NCBI RefSeq assembly: GCF_006345805.1 | Contig: NC_043017.1 | Location: forward strand, 17,112,001-17,176,000 | DNA length: 64,000 bases | From: Octopus sinensis | Taxonomy: Eukaryota | Direction of reading: 5' to 3' | In this document: piece by piece, positions 1-11,225 of the stretch | How the letters are laid out: every line of letters starts with the position of its first letter | Numbering within the stretch: position 1 is the first letter of the stretch | Translations under genes and position numbers: made by a program | The notes under the pieces: generated by a model | Database searches by the model: none | The model's input: the letters and a program-made list of their open reading frames with translations, nothing else | What the model was told of the DNA's origin: nothing

Positions 1-137
1 GTTTGTGGAAGGATTACTGCATTAAGCTGTTTAATTGTGGAAGATGAAACTGGTGAAACATGACCGCCATTTTAGGTAAAATGTGGGATTTAGCTGTTGA
101 TTTCTGTTGATTTATTATTTTTTAAATTTCTCTGCAG

Positions 138-217
138 CATTTAATCGGAATCTGGAAAAGGATATTATGTCCGACACAAGTGGATATTTTAAGCGTTTGC
201 TTGTTTCATGCTGTCAG
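138..217 (+). CDS. Annexin internal exon (end of repeat II): xFNRNLEKDIMSDTSGYFKRLLVSCCQ
   Basis: Acceptor ttctctgcAG at 137, donor GTaagt at 218. 80 nt, phase 1 to 0. The DTSGxF..LL motif is the annexin helix D/E signature. Upstream exons lie outside the window. Confidence 0.93.
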
Positions 218-222
218 GTAAG

Positions 223-913
223 TGGAAAATTTTGAACAATTGAGAAAATTGTTGAAGGTAAATAGTTAATTAGAAACTGTATATCCTAGTTTTTACAATA
301 GGTGCATCATATCCTTGTTTGTTGTAAGGGGCAACCAAAAGGAAGGGCATCCAGCCATAAAGTACTGCCTCTAACCCATGCCAACATGGAAATGTGATCC
401 TCTGTTTGGAATTAATCTGGTCATATGCTTCTTTTATTGATTGAAGGCAAACAACATACATGGTTAATATGAATCATGAAGCAACTTATTTGCACCTTCA
501 TCTGAAGACAAATAAAGTATTGCAGGAAAAACAGAAAAAATATCAGGATGTAAACCCAGGTATGGCATGTAGTTGGATGCACCTGTGAAAAGAATGTCCA
601 TATAAAAGAGCAAAGTGTTTTTGCTGTGGGTTTACAGGATATATAAAAACATGGAAAATTTTAAACAATTGAGAAAATTGTTGAAGGTAAATAGTTGATT
701 AGAAACTGTATATCCTAGTTTTTACAATAGGTGCATCATATCCCTGTTTGTTGTAAGGGGCAACCAAAAGGAAGGGCATCCAGCCATAAAGTACTGCCTC
801 TAACCCATGCCAACATGGAAATGTGATCCTCTGTTTGGAATTAATCTGGTCATATGCAAACAACATATATGGTTAATATGAATCATGAAGCAACTTATTT
901 GCACCTTCATCTG
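223..913. repeat. Local direct duplication of about 270 bp (223-504 and 652-913) in an annexin intron
   Basis: Near-identical text tggaaaatt...gcaccttcatctg in both copies; copy 2 lacks about 19 bp. Confidence 0.92.
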
Positions 914-1176
914 TTAAAGTTTGGATTTCAAGGCTACACCACCCGGGTGGCTTTTTCAGTTACTTTTAAGAAGTTACAAACAATCAATCCGAAGACAAAA
1001 CTTACAAAATTAAAAAAAATATTGGTTTTTATCAAAAGGCTATAAAAGTAAAAATGTATAAAAGTTATAAACTATAAAAATGCTACAAAAAAGAAAAAAA
1101 GAACCCAGGAACATCTTTGTTTCTCAGTTCAAATATGTAAATTTTATTAATGTTAAAACTAAAAGATTTTACTTAA

Positions 1177-2265
1177 CCCTTTCGTTACCAAACCGCCCAA
1201 AGCCGCCTGAAAAAAATTTTGGTTTATGAGACCAAACCGCCCAAAGCCGCCCGAATTTACCTATTCATATTTAAATGAGAATATCAGAGCAAATCTCTTC
1301 AGTACATTCGTGAAAACACGTATTATACTTCGTAAACAGTTCAACTACAGTTTTGTACAATAATCGAAGTGTAATTTTAATTCCGTGAATTTTGGGAGAT
1401 TTTTTTCCGAAATTTGTTCCTATTGTGTTTTTTCAAAATTTGTAATTCTGACAAAAAATGGATACGAATTTCATTATATCAAGCAGCGAGTCAGAATTCG
1501 AAGGATTTTCTACTGAAGACCTTCATAAATCTAACTCTATGACTGAAAAAAAAAAGCATGTGGTATTTGATAATGAATCTGATGTTTCATTTTCCGAAAG
1601 TGAAAACAGTGAATCTGAGATCTCCGATAGCGATAAAGAAAATGAATTGGCACCTGAATGGAGTGAAAATTTAAAAACTGTTTCTTTCGGTGATTTTTCT
1701 GAAGAAACTGGACCAAGCCACAGACTTTCCCAGAAGAGTAAAGCCTTAAACTATTTCTTTTTACTTTTTCGAATGAGCCTATTTGAAATCATTACGGTGA
1801 AAACGAACCGTTACGCTAAACGTAAACAAAGCGAAAGAAACGATAGTTTGTTATTTCCCACAACCTTAAATGAAATTAAGGCCTATTTTGCCATAAATAT
1901 TATTATGGGTATCAGAAAGTTACCCAGAATAACAAATTCTATCGTAAAATTTTGTTGTATACCCAATTGAATATTAGCTAATAACCCATTTTCTCTAGCG
2001 ATGTTTGAAGAAAATTTTAATAATTTTATATTTTGTTGAATTTACCTGTATCTACCTGCAATTAGAGTCACTTTGTGACAAAAATTATAGTATAGAATTG
2101 GTTGAGAATATTTCATTAAATTATCTTCCAAAAATCAGATTAATATATCGATAAATAAAAAAGTTATAGTTGTTTAATGAAACCAGACTAAATTTATGAT
2201 TACGTTAGAAATTAATTGAAACACATAAGGGGTGTAATTTGGTCAGAAATATAGTAACGAAAGGG
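1177..2265 (+). mobile_element. Internally deleted piggyBac element
   Basis: TTAA (1173-1176), TIR CCCTTTCGTTAC ... GTAACGAAAGGG, TTAA (2266-2269). 21-bp subterminal direct repeat ACCAAACCGCCCAAAGCCGCC at 1187 and 1231. Contains a transposase N-terminal ORF. Confidence 0.92.
1458..1970 (+). pseudogene. piggyBac transposase N-terminal fragment (170 aa, no DDD core)
   Basis: Acidic N-terminus, W...F...GP...S..L.YF.LF...TN.YA...TT..EIKAY...MGI.KLP pattern typical of piggyBac transposases; lies between the TIRs. Confidence 0.82.
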
Positions 2266-2394
2266 TTAACAAGTGAATATTTCAAAAGAAATAAACTCAT
2301 ATCCTTCATTTTTGAGATTGTTAGAATTAAAGAATTAAGTGAATATGAAATTTGAATTTATTATATTAGATAAGAAATTTAAACTTATAAAGAA

Positions 2395-2661
2395 GCCTTG
2401 CCTGGCCTCCGTGCCGGTGGCACGTAAAAAGCACCATCCGAGCGTGGCTGTTCGCCAGCCTCGTCTGGCACCTGTGTCGGTGGCACATAAAAAGCACCCA
2501 CTACACTCACGGAGTGGTTGGCATTAGGAAGGGCATCCAGCTGTAGAAACACTGCCAGATCTGACTGGCCTGGTGCAGTCTTCGGGCTTCCCAGACCCCA
2601 GTTGAACCGTCCAACCCATGCTAGCATGGAAAGTGGATGTTAAACGATGATGATGATGATG
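2395..2661 (+). mobile_element. SINE-like family B ((GAT)n tail, internal ~60-bp tandem units)
   Basis: Ends ccatgctagcatggaaag..gttaaacgatgatgatg, as in six other copies in the window. Confidence 0.85.
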
Positions 2662-3746
2662 AACAGGAATTAAATAAAACATCTACTTCCAAAATTCAGT
2701 AACATTTTCCTCTTAGAAACAAAATTTCCTAATATTTTATTCTTAGAATCAGACTTAAAGGATTCTTTGAAGGAGAAATTTCTATCATATCCTTTTTCAT
2801 AGAAGCCCTTAAATCTGAGGTGCTTATTTTCAAAATGATATTCCTGAAATTAGTGAAATTAGTATCTATGAAGTTGGAAATTCTAATGCATTATATCACA
2901 ATATATATTTTGTTGGTGCCAAGATTGGTACACTTTTACAGATTATACTTCCAGTAGTCTTATAATTACTTCCAACTCTGGTCTGACTACTCAGCCCTTC
3001 TCTAGATTGAGCACAGCGTTCTGAATATCTTAACTCAGTCAGTGATTGGGAACTGATAATCTCATCTTTCTGGAATGAAAGTTTAATTACCATCTAATTA
3101 ATGATAATGAATCTAATCATTAGTTTTCTGAGTCCCCTATGGTCTTGTATGGATATTTAAATAAAAGCAGCAATTTCCAAATGTATTTTGGTGTGGAACC
3201 TGTAATATGATTTTCTAAAAATCATGGAAACTGTATTTTACAGTCAGTAACATATCTAAAACTACATCTCAAAGGCTAAGATTCCTCTTCAAGACTTGTG
3301 GCTAATCTGCTACTTAGCACAACTGTAACCCACATTACATTATTGCTCCCATATTTGGAACTGAGCAAACACTCTACACACAAAATCAAATTGCATCCAA
3401 GGAAGATAATCCAGTTGATTAACTCAACATCTTATTGAAAATCTTCTAAGCCAAAAGCCCAATGGTTTTGCTACAGAACAGAAATTAATGATCAAAGAAG
3501 GGATTAGGAATTTCTTCCTATTTTAGTTCCTCACTTTCTTCAAAATGAATGTAAACAAGACTATTATTATTATTGTTGTGATCTGTGTTTCACAAATAAT
3601 TGACTAATGCAATTGTTTGTGTATTGTGTCATACCAGAGGTTCTGGGTTCATGAATAGCTTCACTCATCTTCCCTATGACCACTTGAGTTGTACATAAGT
3701 GGTCATAGTGAAGAAGAGGGAAGGTATTCATTCTTTATTTTGTCTC

Positions 3747-3972
3747 TCATCATCATCATCATCATCGTTGTTTAACATCCGCTTTCCATGCTAGCATGGG
3801 TTGGACGAATAACTGAGGGCTGGCGAACCAGATGGCTGCACCAGGCTTCAATCTTGATCTAGCAGAGTTTCTACAGGTGGATGCCCTTCCTAACACCAAC
3901 CACTCAGAGAGTGTAGTGGGTGCTTTTACATGCCACCGGGTCGGGGCTAGTCAGGCAGTACTGGCAACGACC
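3747..3972 (-). mobile_element. SINE-like family B copy
   Basis: (CAT)n-cgttgtttaacatccgctttccatgctagcatggg is the reverse complement of the family B 3' end. Confidence 0.85.
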
Positions 3973-4602
3973 CTCTTCAATATTTTCTGTTCCTCTAAAC
4001 AAACAACTACTCAAGTGCCCTTCCCTCATAAATACACTAATCTCTTCTTTTGTTATCCTTAGCATCCTTTCCTCTTTAGTGTAACCTACTGGGACTCCTG
4101 TTCAGCTTCCATATTTTCTGTAAGCATGAACCTAAGAAACACTGCAAAGAATCCAGACACTGATCTGCTTCACATATCTCTAATATATATATAAAAAACC
4201 AAAAAACCTTTAATCTTCTATCATTTTGCTTTGAGAAGACTAGGAATGTTTGTTATTGAATCTGAGGAGAATACATCAAGAGAAAAATAATCCGCTTTGG
4301 TTGTTGGGTGGCTTTGCTCAGCCCAGGAGTGACAGACTTCTGGTGAGGAACAGATATCCTCTTGAAAGAAGCATTTAATCAGTATTTCTGGATATGAATA
4401 TCTCAACTTTCAACTTTCATATGAAGTATGTTATCCTTAGATTTAGTTGCTAAAACATTTAATCTTCTCATTAAAGCCAGTAAAAAGTTTAGGGACTATT
4501 TTGCTGCTAGAGTAAGAAGCCTTTTTATTTATTCAGTATATACTTGATAGTTTTATTAATGTTGGGCATGATATGTTATCAAAATTGTATTTTATTTTTC
4601 AG

Positions 4603-4815
4603 GCCAATCGTAATGAATTAACTCCTGAGGAAGTGCAACGTGTTGCCACTCAAGGATCATCCAGTGTAGTCAATAGACAACTAGCCCAAGAAGATGCTCG
4701 GAGACTTTATGATGCTGGGGAAAATAAATTAGGAACTGATGAATCTACCATGATCTCTATACTTGCTATTCGCAATTACTATCAGATGCAAGCTACATTT
4801 GAAGAATATGCTAAA
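4603..4815 (+). CDS. Annexin exon (II-III linker plus repeat III): ANRNELTPEE...DARRLYDAGENKLGTDE...FEEYAK
   Basis: tttttcAG / GTaagt, 213 nt, phase 0 to 0. Contains the DA..LY.AGE.KLGTDE repeat III motif and is in frame with the flanking exons. Confidence 0.96.
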
Positions 4816-5182
4816 GTAAGTTACTTAGTAAAGTTTTGGTGAATTTTTCTTCAGGTAAACTTATATCAAAAGTTATCTGATCAAGTATTTCGGAACAGTC
4901 TACAAATACTGGACACCAGAGAAACCCTGCTCAAATATATTTGAAAGGTACAGGGTGTGATTGAACTTCATCATTTATTAGAGTTTTGTTTGTTTGTTTA
5001 TTTTCTTGTGTGTATGTATGTGTGTGTGTGTGTGTACAATTTGCAAAAGAAATGTTTATTCCAAAATATTTTGAAAGGAGTTGTTTATTTTAATGGAGGG
5101 AAAATGATAGGAAGAAGTCGGTCATTTGCGCTAGTAAGCCATTAGTCTATTTAATTAATCAAGAAAAGTGGTAGTAAAAGTA

Positions 5183-5234
5183 CATTTATGATCGTTTCTG
5201 TTTACCAATTGTAGTGGCAGACATCATCAGAATG
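5183..5234 (-). ncRNA. Minimal type I hammerhead-like motif (decayed)
   Basis: Minus strand: catt-CTGATGA-tgtctgcca/ctacaat/tggtaaaca-GAAA-cgatca-TA-aatg. Stem III C-G pair broken. Confidence 0.6.
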
Positions 5235-5469
5235 CATAGTCATATGTAGAGGTAAGAAGAGCGAATGGCATAGAGATATATTGGTAACGAGAATAAAGAC
5301 AAAGAATGGTGAGTCTTACATTATAGTAGATTTGTTACCTGATAATTCTACATCCACTTTGCAGCAGAATTATCAACAAATCTACAACAATGTAAAACTC
5401 ACCATTCTTAGTCTTTACTCTGGTTACCAACATATCCCTATACCATTCTTACCTCTACATATGATTCTG

Positions 5470-5521
5470 TGTTCTGATGGTGTCTACCACTACAACTGGT
5501 AAACAGAAACGATTGTAAATG
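5470..5521 (+). ncRNA. Minimal type I hammerhead-like motif (A9G)
   Basis: gtt-CTGATGG-tgtctacca/ctacaac/tggtaaaca-GAAA-cgattg-TA-aatg; inverted copy of 5183-5234. Confidence 0.55.
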
Positions 5522-5692
5522 TACTATTTTCTTCTTGCATATAATTTAAGCTATGGTTTACCTGCTGAATTACCTGCTACTGTATACCTTTTACCAAGGA
5601 CTGTACCTGTGCAGGTAATCATCAGAAGTGCCTTTGGATTTAACCATCCATTACAAGTTTTAAACACCTCTAACTTATATCTATATATGTAC

Positions 5693-5759
<67 letters not shown>

Positions 5760-5778
5760 TTTATATATATATGTATAT

Positions 5779-5822
<44 letters not shown>

Positions 5823-5907
5823 GTATGTATGTATGATTGTACACATGCATGTGTGACACCAATGGTAGCAGATACAGGTCAGAAAATATGAATTCTATTA
5901 TTGTGTA

Positions 5908-5955
<48 letters not shown>

Positions 5956-6333
5956 TATATGATGGGCTTCTTTCAGTTTCTAAAACTGAAAGTAACAATG
6001 ATCAGCCCAAGGCAACAAGCTTCTTACCACCCAGTCATACCTAATATTTCAAAAATGTGCTGAATCAGAGTCAAAAAGTAATAAAAGGTGCAATTAAAAA
6101 TCCTGAAATAGTATCTTTACAAAAGAAAAAAAAAATACAAAGAATTTGTAACAAAGGGCAATAAAGGATTATACATACATATATATATATAGATAGATAG
6201 CTTATATGTATACGTACATATATATATGTATATATACATATATATACACATATATATATATAATATATGTATAAATATATATATGAAATATATATATATG
6301 TACATATATATATGTATATATGTACATATATAT

Positions 6334-6365
<32 letters not shown>

Positions 6366-6610
6366 CGTTTAAATATTGGCTAAACTGGCAAAATGATCAT
6401 TCTGAAATATAACAATATATATATATATATAAATTCTATTATTGTGTAAATATGTGTATATATATATATATATAAGAAAATAGTAAAGTGTGAAAAAAAC
6501 GACAGAAGGCTTAAATGTTAAAAAATATATATATTTGTGTCAAAATGTCTGGAGAATATTGGAAAAATTTTTTTTCCTTTCCTTAAAATGACATAATTTA
6601 AAAATTTTTA

Positions 6611-6650
6611 AAGAAATTACCGGTTTCGCGTGTAGCTTTTCAAATTTCTT
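6611..6650 (-). ncRNA. Minimal hammerhead-like motif with U3-A8 core variant
   Basis: Minus strand: aagaaat-TTGAAAA-gc/tacac/gc-GAAA-ccgg-TA-atttctt. 7-bp stem I, palindromic stem III, about 155 nt 3' of a GIY-YIG stop. Confidence 0.62.
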
Positions 6651-6759
6651 GTGACGTTATGTTTATATTGCATGGAGTTATCGTTGTGTTTATTAACAGG
6701 AGATTTCTAAATAAGGGGAGGTAGTGAGTGATTTCTTCCGGTGTAAGGGAGATAATTGC

Positions 6760-6791
<32 letters not shown>

Positions 6792-6804
6792 CCCCTTTTC
6801 CTTG

Positions 6805-7070
6805 TTAATTTCTCTGTGTCAGTATGTTCGGATGGCTGAGTCTGGGTTTGTACTTTTCAATGAAGAATGTTTCCTTGTTCAGTCTCATTTGTGTTGATGA
6901 TCCGAAAGCACATTGGTAAAATGGGAAGATTAAAAATTGTGGCAGTATTTGCTTTGCGCATTTCTCAATGTGCTCACTAAAAGGTATCATTCTATATTCT
7001 GGGAATGCAATCTGTTGTCGATGCAGTGTGCATCTACGCCTGAGTGATAGTCCCGTTGAACCCACGTGTG
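6805..7070 (-). pseudogene. Penelope-like GIY-YIG endonuclease C-terminal remnant
   Basis: HVGSTGLSLRRRCTLHRQQI..PEYR.IPFSEHIEKC..F.IFPFY..RLNKETFFIEKYKPRL matches the YIG-T..L..R..H..E..I...P.LN pattern; homologous to 38277-38522. Confidence 0.82.
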
Positions 7071-7129
7071 CATGTATATATATACGCACATTAATAAATA
7101 TATGTAAATATATATGTATAAAAAAATAT

Positions 7130-7485
7130 ATATAAAAATACAAAATGGGACAAGAACGCAAAACATTCAAATAGACGATACAAAAAACGGACGGGTCATT
7201 CGAAGCCTTCGATCTTCAGTCAAGAACCGGATCATCCTCGCAATTTCGGCTGATTAATCTTGAGATCGCTCCGATCCGGCCAGCCCCAAGGAAAAACTAA
7301 GCTATGAGCATTAGATTTTTTGGAAAAAAAGGATCGAATGTATACGAAACAAGGACAGAAAAACGGACGATGCCACACGAATATAAATACAAAAAACAAT
7401 AATAATAATAACAGGACAAAAACAACAGGTGTCTTTCGACTTTAGACAGTTGAACTTAGCTGGTGTATTTGAAAAATATATATAT
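7130..7485. repeat. Interspersed repeat (probably PLE-associated), second copy at 46985-47500
   Basis: caaaatgggacaagaacgcaaaacattcaaatagacg...ctttagacag is present in both. The second copy is split by a ~150-bp microsatellite-rich insert. Confidence 0.8.
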
Positions 7486-7692
7486 ACATTAATAAATATA
7501 TATAAATATACATATGCCCAGCAGAGTTCAAGGTCAATCTTTGCCCTGTAGCTTGACTCCGTGTGCTTTAGCTTTGTTACTATGGCAACAGTCCGGATAC
7601 TTATTGATCTGACCTCATCTACCTCTTCACATTTTGGTTTCAAATCTTGGTGAGGTTAATTTTGGAAACGGGATTTGTAAAAATATTTTATA

Positions 7693-7857
7693 GGCGCAGG
7701 AGTGGCTGTGTGGTAAGTAGCTTGTTTACCAACCACATGGTTCCGGGTTCAGTCCCACTGCGTGACACCTTGGGCAAGTGTCTTCTACTATAGCCTCGGG
7801 CCGACCAAAGCCTTGTGAGTGGATTTGGTAGACGGAAACTGAAAGAAGCCCGTCGTA

Positions 7858-7904
<47 letters not shown>

Positions 7905-8100
7905 TTGTGTGTCTGTGTTTGTCCACCTAGCAACCGATGCTGGTGTGTTTATGTCCACGTTACCAAGCGGTTTGGCAAAAGAGACCGATAGAATAAGTAC
8001 TGGGCTTACAAAGAATAAGTCTTGGGGTCGAGTTGCTTGATTAAAGGTGGTGCTCCAGCATGGCCGCAGTCAAAAGACTGAAACAAGTAAAAGAGAGTAA
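7693..8100 (+). mobile_element. tRNA-derived SINE family A (full length)
   Basis: Head ggcgcaggagtggctgtgtggtaag (A-box like) and ccgggttcagtccc (B-box like); central (TA)/(TG) tract; tail gactgaaacaagtaaaagag. More than 12 copies in the window. Confidence 0.9.
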
Positions 8101-8435
8101 AGTTGGTGCTGCAGCATTAACCACAACTGCATGGCTGAAATGAGTAAAAGAGTTAAATACCGAATGCGTGTATGTGTGTGGGGGGAGTTTGGTTCAAGTC
8201 AACTGTATGTCCATCACCACCGATTCCCTAAATGCCTGACCCTTGTGCTAATGTAAGAACATCATTATTATTATTATTGGCAGAGTCAGCAGAGTGTTAT
8301 ACAAAATCTTTTGCAGTATCTAATCACAGATCTTTGCATTTCTAGTTCAAATCCTGCTGAGGTCAACTTTGCTTTCTCAGCTGAATCAGAGTCAAAAAGT
8401 AATTAAAGTTGCAATTAAACACACTGAAATAGTAT

Positions 8436-8645
8436 ACTCTTTTACTTGTTTCAGTTATTTTGACTGCGGCCATGCTGGAGCACCACCTTTAATCGAGCAA
8501 CTCGACCCCGGGATTTATTCTTTTGTAAGCCCAGTACTTATTCTATCGGTCTCTTTTGCCGAACCGCTAAGTAATGGGGACATAAACACACCAGCATCAG
8601 TTGTCAAGCAATGCTAGGGGGACAAACACAGACACACAAACACAC

Positions 8646-8723
<78 letters not shown>

Positions 8724-8886
8724 CGACGGGCTTCTTTCAGTTTCCGTCCACCAAATCCACTCACAAGGCTTTGGTCGGCCCGAGGCTATAGTAGAACACA
8801 CCTGCCCAAGGTGCCACGCAGTGGGACTGAACCCGGAACCATGTGGTTGGTAAACAAGCTACTTACCACACAGCCACTCCTGCGCC
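8436..8886 (-). mobile_element. SINE family A (full length), inserted into a local duplication
   Basis: Reverse complement of the family A consensus; flanks match the uninterrupted 6059-6185. Confidence 0.9.
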
Positions 8887-8979
8887 AAAACACACACACA
8901 CACACACACACAACACACACACACACACACACACAAAGAATTTGTAACAAAGAGCAGTAAAGGATTATACATACATACA

Positions 8980-9027
<48 letters not shown>

Positions 9028-9485
9028 TAGAATGCTAATCAAGTGCTGGGGTCAATTTAATTGACAAAACCCTATTCCTGAAATTTCTGGCCTTGCAAAC
9101 TTGTAGTCCTGTAAAATGCATGGTGACCTCAATAGTGCAATTGATATATAAAAAAAAATGCACCCAAACTTGTAAAGTGGTTGGTGTTAGGAAGGGTAAC
9201 CAACCATAAAACCCTTGCCGAAATGGACATCGGAATCTGATGCTGCCCCTGTTGAACCCTAATAGTAATGATGATGATGATGATGATGGTGAAGCAGCAA
9301 CATTCGTTACATTAAATGCCCTAACTCTAACTTTATTGCACTAGCAGATCCGTTTCCTGAAACATTTTGACTCTGGTTTTATTTTCCCACAATTAATTCT
9401 CAGATTATATTATCGAATTTCACCTTCTGTTTATTAGATAGATGAGTATCCATGTCGAGGCCTTATTTTAATTATCCTATAAATA

Positions 9486-9886
9486 GGTGCAGGAGTGACT
9501 GTGTGGTAAGTAGCCTGCTTGCCAACCACATAGTTTCGGGTTCAGTCCCACTGCATAGCACCTTAGGCAAGTGTCTTCTACTATAGCCTCGGGCCGACCA
9601 ATGCCTTGTGAGTGGATTTGGTAGACGGAAACTGAAAGAAGCCTGTCGTATATATGTATATATATATATATGTGCGTGTGTGTGTTTGTGTGTCTGTGTT
9701 TGTCCCCCTAGCATTGCTTGACAACCGATGCTGGTGTGTTTATGTCCCTGTTACTTAGCGGTTCGGCAAAATGGACCGATAGAATAAGTACTGGGCTTAT
9801 AAAAGAATAAGTCCCGGGGTCGAGTTGCTCGATTAAAGGCGGTGCTCCAGCATGGCCGCAGTCAAATGACTGAAACAAGTAAAAGA
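9486..9886 (+). mobile_element. SINE family A (full length)
   Basis: Matches family A from head to tail. Confidence 0.9.
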
Positions 9887-10357
9887 ATATGTCCCCTCCC
9901 TTTCTTGTCTAATGAAAAAGTAATAACTTCTTTTGATATTTGGTTACCAAGACTGAATGAGAACCTGTGTGCTGAAACAGATTTTGTTGTATCTTGGGAG
10001 GGTCACTGTGCCAATAGTAAGCACAGACACTGGTTTGATTTCACTTCTTTATTATTCATCACTTTGTTAGCTATTTAACCAACTAATTGATTGTTTGGTT
10101 AATCATTCAGCTAGTCAATCAATCAGTCATGTTTGTCAAAATCCCTTTGTTGCTATTCACAACCTTTTCAATGACATTTCCTCTCTACTTCGGGTCAGCT
10201 TGAGACCTGGAGCTGTCCTGCCGTGGAGGGGGTATGTCGTTAAAGAAGTTGTGGACAGCAATGAAAGTTTGTCCCCCAAAGCTGTAATCCCTTTGCATTT
10301 GTTTCAACATTTCTGTGTCATATCTAAACGGACCTTTATTAATTCTTCTCTTTCAAG

Positions 10358-10433
10358 GTATCTGGCAAAGACATCATGGATGCAATAAGATCTGAGACTT
10401 CTGGAGACTTAGAATCTGGTCTGAAAGCCATTG
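10358..10433 (+). CDS. Annexin exon (end of repeat III): VSGKDIMDAIRSETSGDLESGLKAI(V)
   Basis: tttcaAG / GTaaga, 76 nt, phase 0 to 1, ETSGDL motif. Not in the ORF track. Confidence 0.94.
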
Positions 10434-10919
10434 GTAAGAACTGTTCTTAGCTATGGTTAATATACGTTTCTGTTCAAAATGTCTGTTTGATTAAGGTGTC
10501 TGACTCCATATTACAAAAGCTTGATAGGTCAGGGTTGCATATCGTCATAAGGACAGTTGTTATGTTCATTTTATCTACACATGTGTTCAGCTGTTGTGGG
10601 ATATCTCATAAATATGGTACATTATTCTCCTGTCTGTCTTACTGACAGTATGCTTCTACCTGTAAGGTTGATTGTCTAATTGTGGCAGGTGGGTCTGCTT
10701 TGAGATAAAAATGCTGTAAGGATTTTATCTGCAAATGATTTAATTTGTGAAACCCCTACTTGAGTGCTACCTTGTGTAGGGAGCATTGAATCTATCTTAG
10801 AGTGATTGTTGTGACAGCAGTCTTCTCCGGTATGAAATGTATCTGTGTCGTGTATTAGACTTGTTGCTAATTCTTTCAAATCAAGTCTTACGTGACATGC
10901 TATGGATAGAATGCTTTAA

Positions 10920-11140
10920 CTCTTTAGTGTTTAAACTGGCCAAATCCGGCCCAATATATTCTACATATTTTATATTCAAACTGGCCATATCTAGCCTCTC
11001 ACACCTAACCTACATTGACAGTCTAAAAATAAACAATCACATCATTGAAACCTCAAAGCTATAAGGTAATGCATGATTAATTCAAAGCAATTTAAATAAA
11101 AAAGCATTACATTTAACAGAGTAATCTGAACACTAAAAGG
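10920..11140. mobile_element. piggyBac-type MITE (221 bp)
   Basis: TTAA (10916-10919), CTCTTTAGTGTT ... AACACTAAAAGG, TTAA (11141-11144). TIRs match at 10/12 positions. Confidence 0.75.
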
Positions 11141-11225
11141 TTAAAGAAGCTCACTGTGTTTGTTTTCATCATTTTAATGAGTCAAGGGGAGATTCTTAAA
11201 GTCAGTTCTGCATCTTTCGTTTCAG

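Larger units (their letters stand above)
5161..5537. repeat. Imperfect long inverted repeat (arms ~5161-5348 and ~5367-5537) carrying two hammerhead-like motifs
   Basis: catatgtagaggtaagaa pairs with ttcttacctctacatatg; aaagaatggtgagtcttacatt with aatgtaaaactcaccattctt; gataattc with gaattatc. Confidence 0.88.

Noticed and set aside
2690-4420. Possible very old PLE/LINE remnants between recognisable SINEs
   Set aside because: No convincing protein motif could be read in any frame.
7190-7225. Minus-strand CTGAAGA-tcgaaggcttc-GAAT as a hammerhead
   Set aside because: No GAAA (the 47070 copy also reads GAAT) and stem II register does not fit.
7693-7770. tRNA genes at SINE heads (families A, C, D)
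   Set aside because: A/B-box-like motifs only; no closed cloverleaf or Pol III terminator, and they are fused to SINE bodies.
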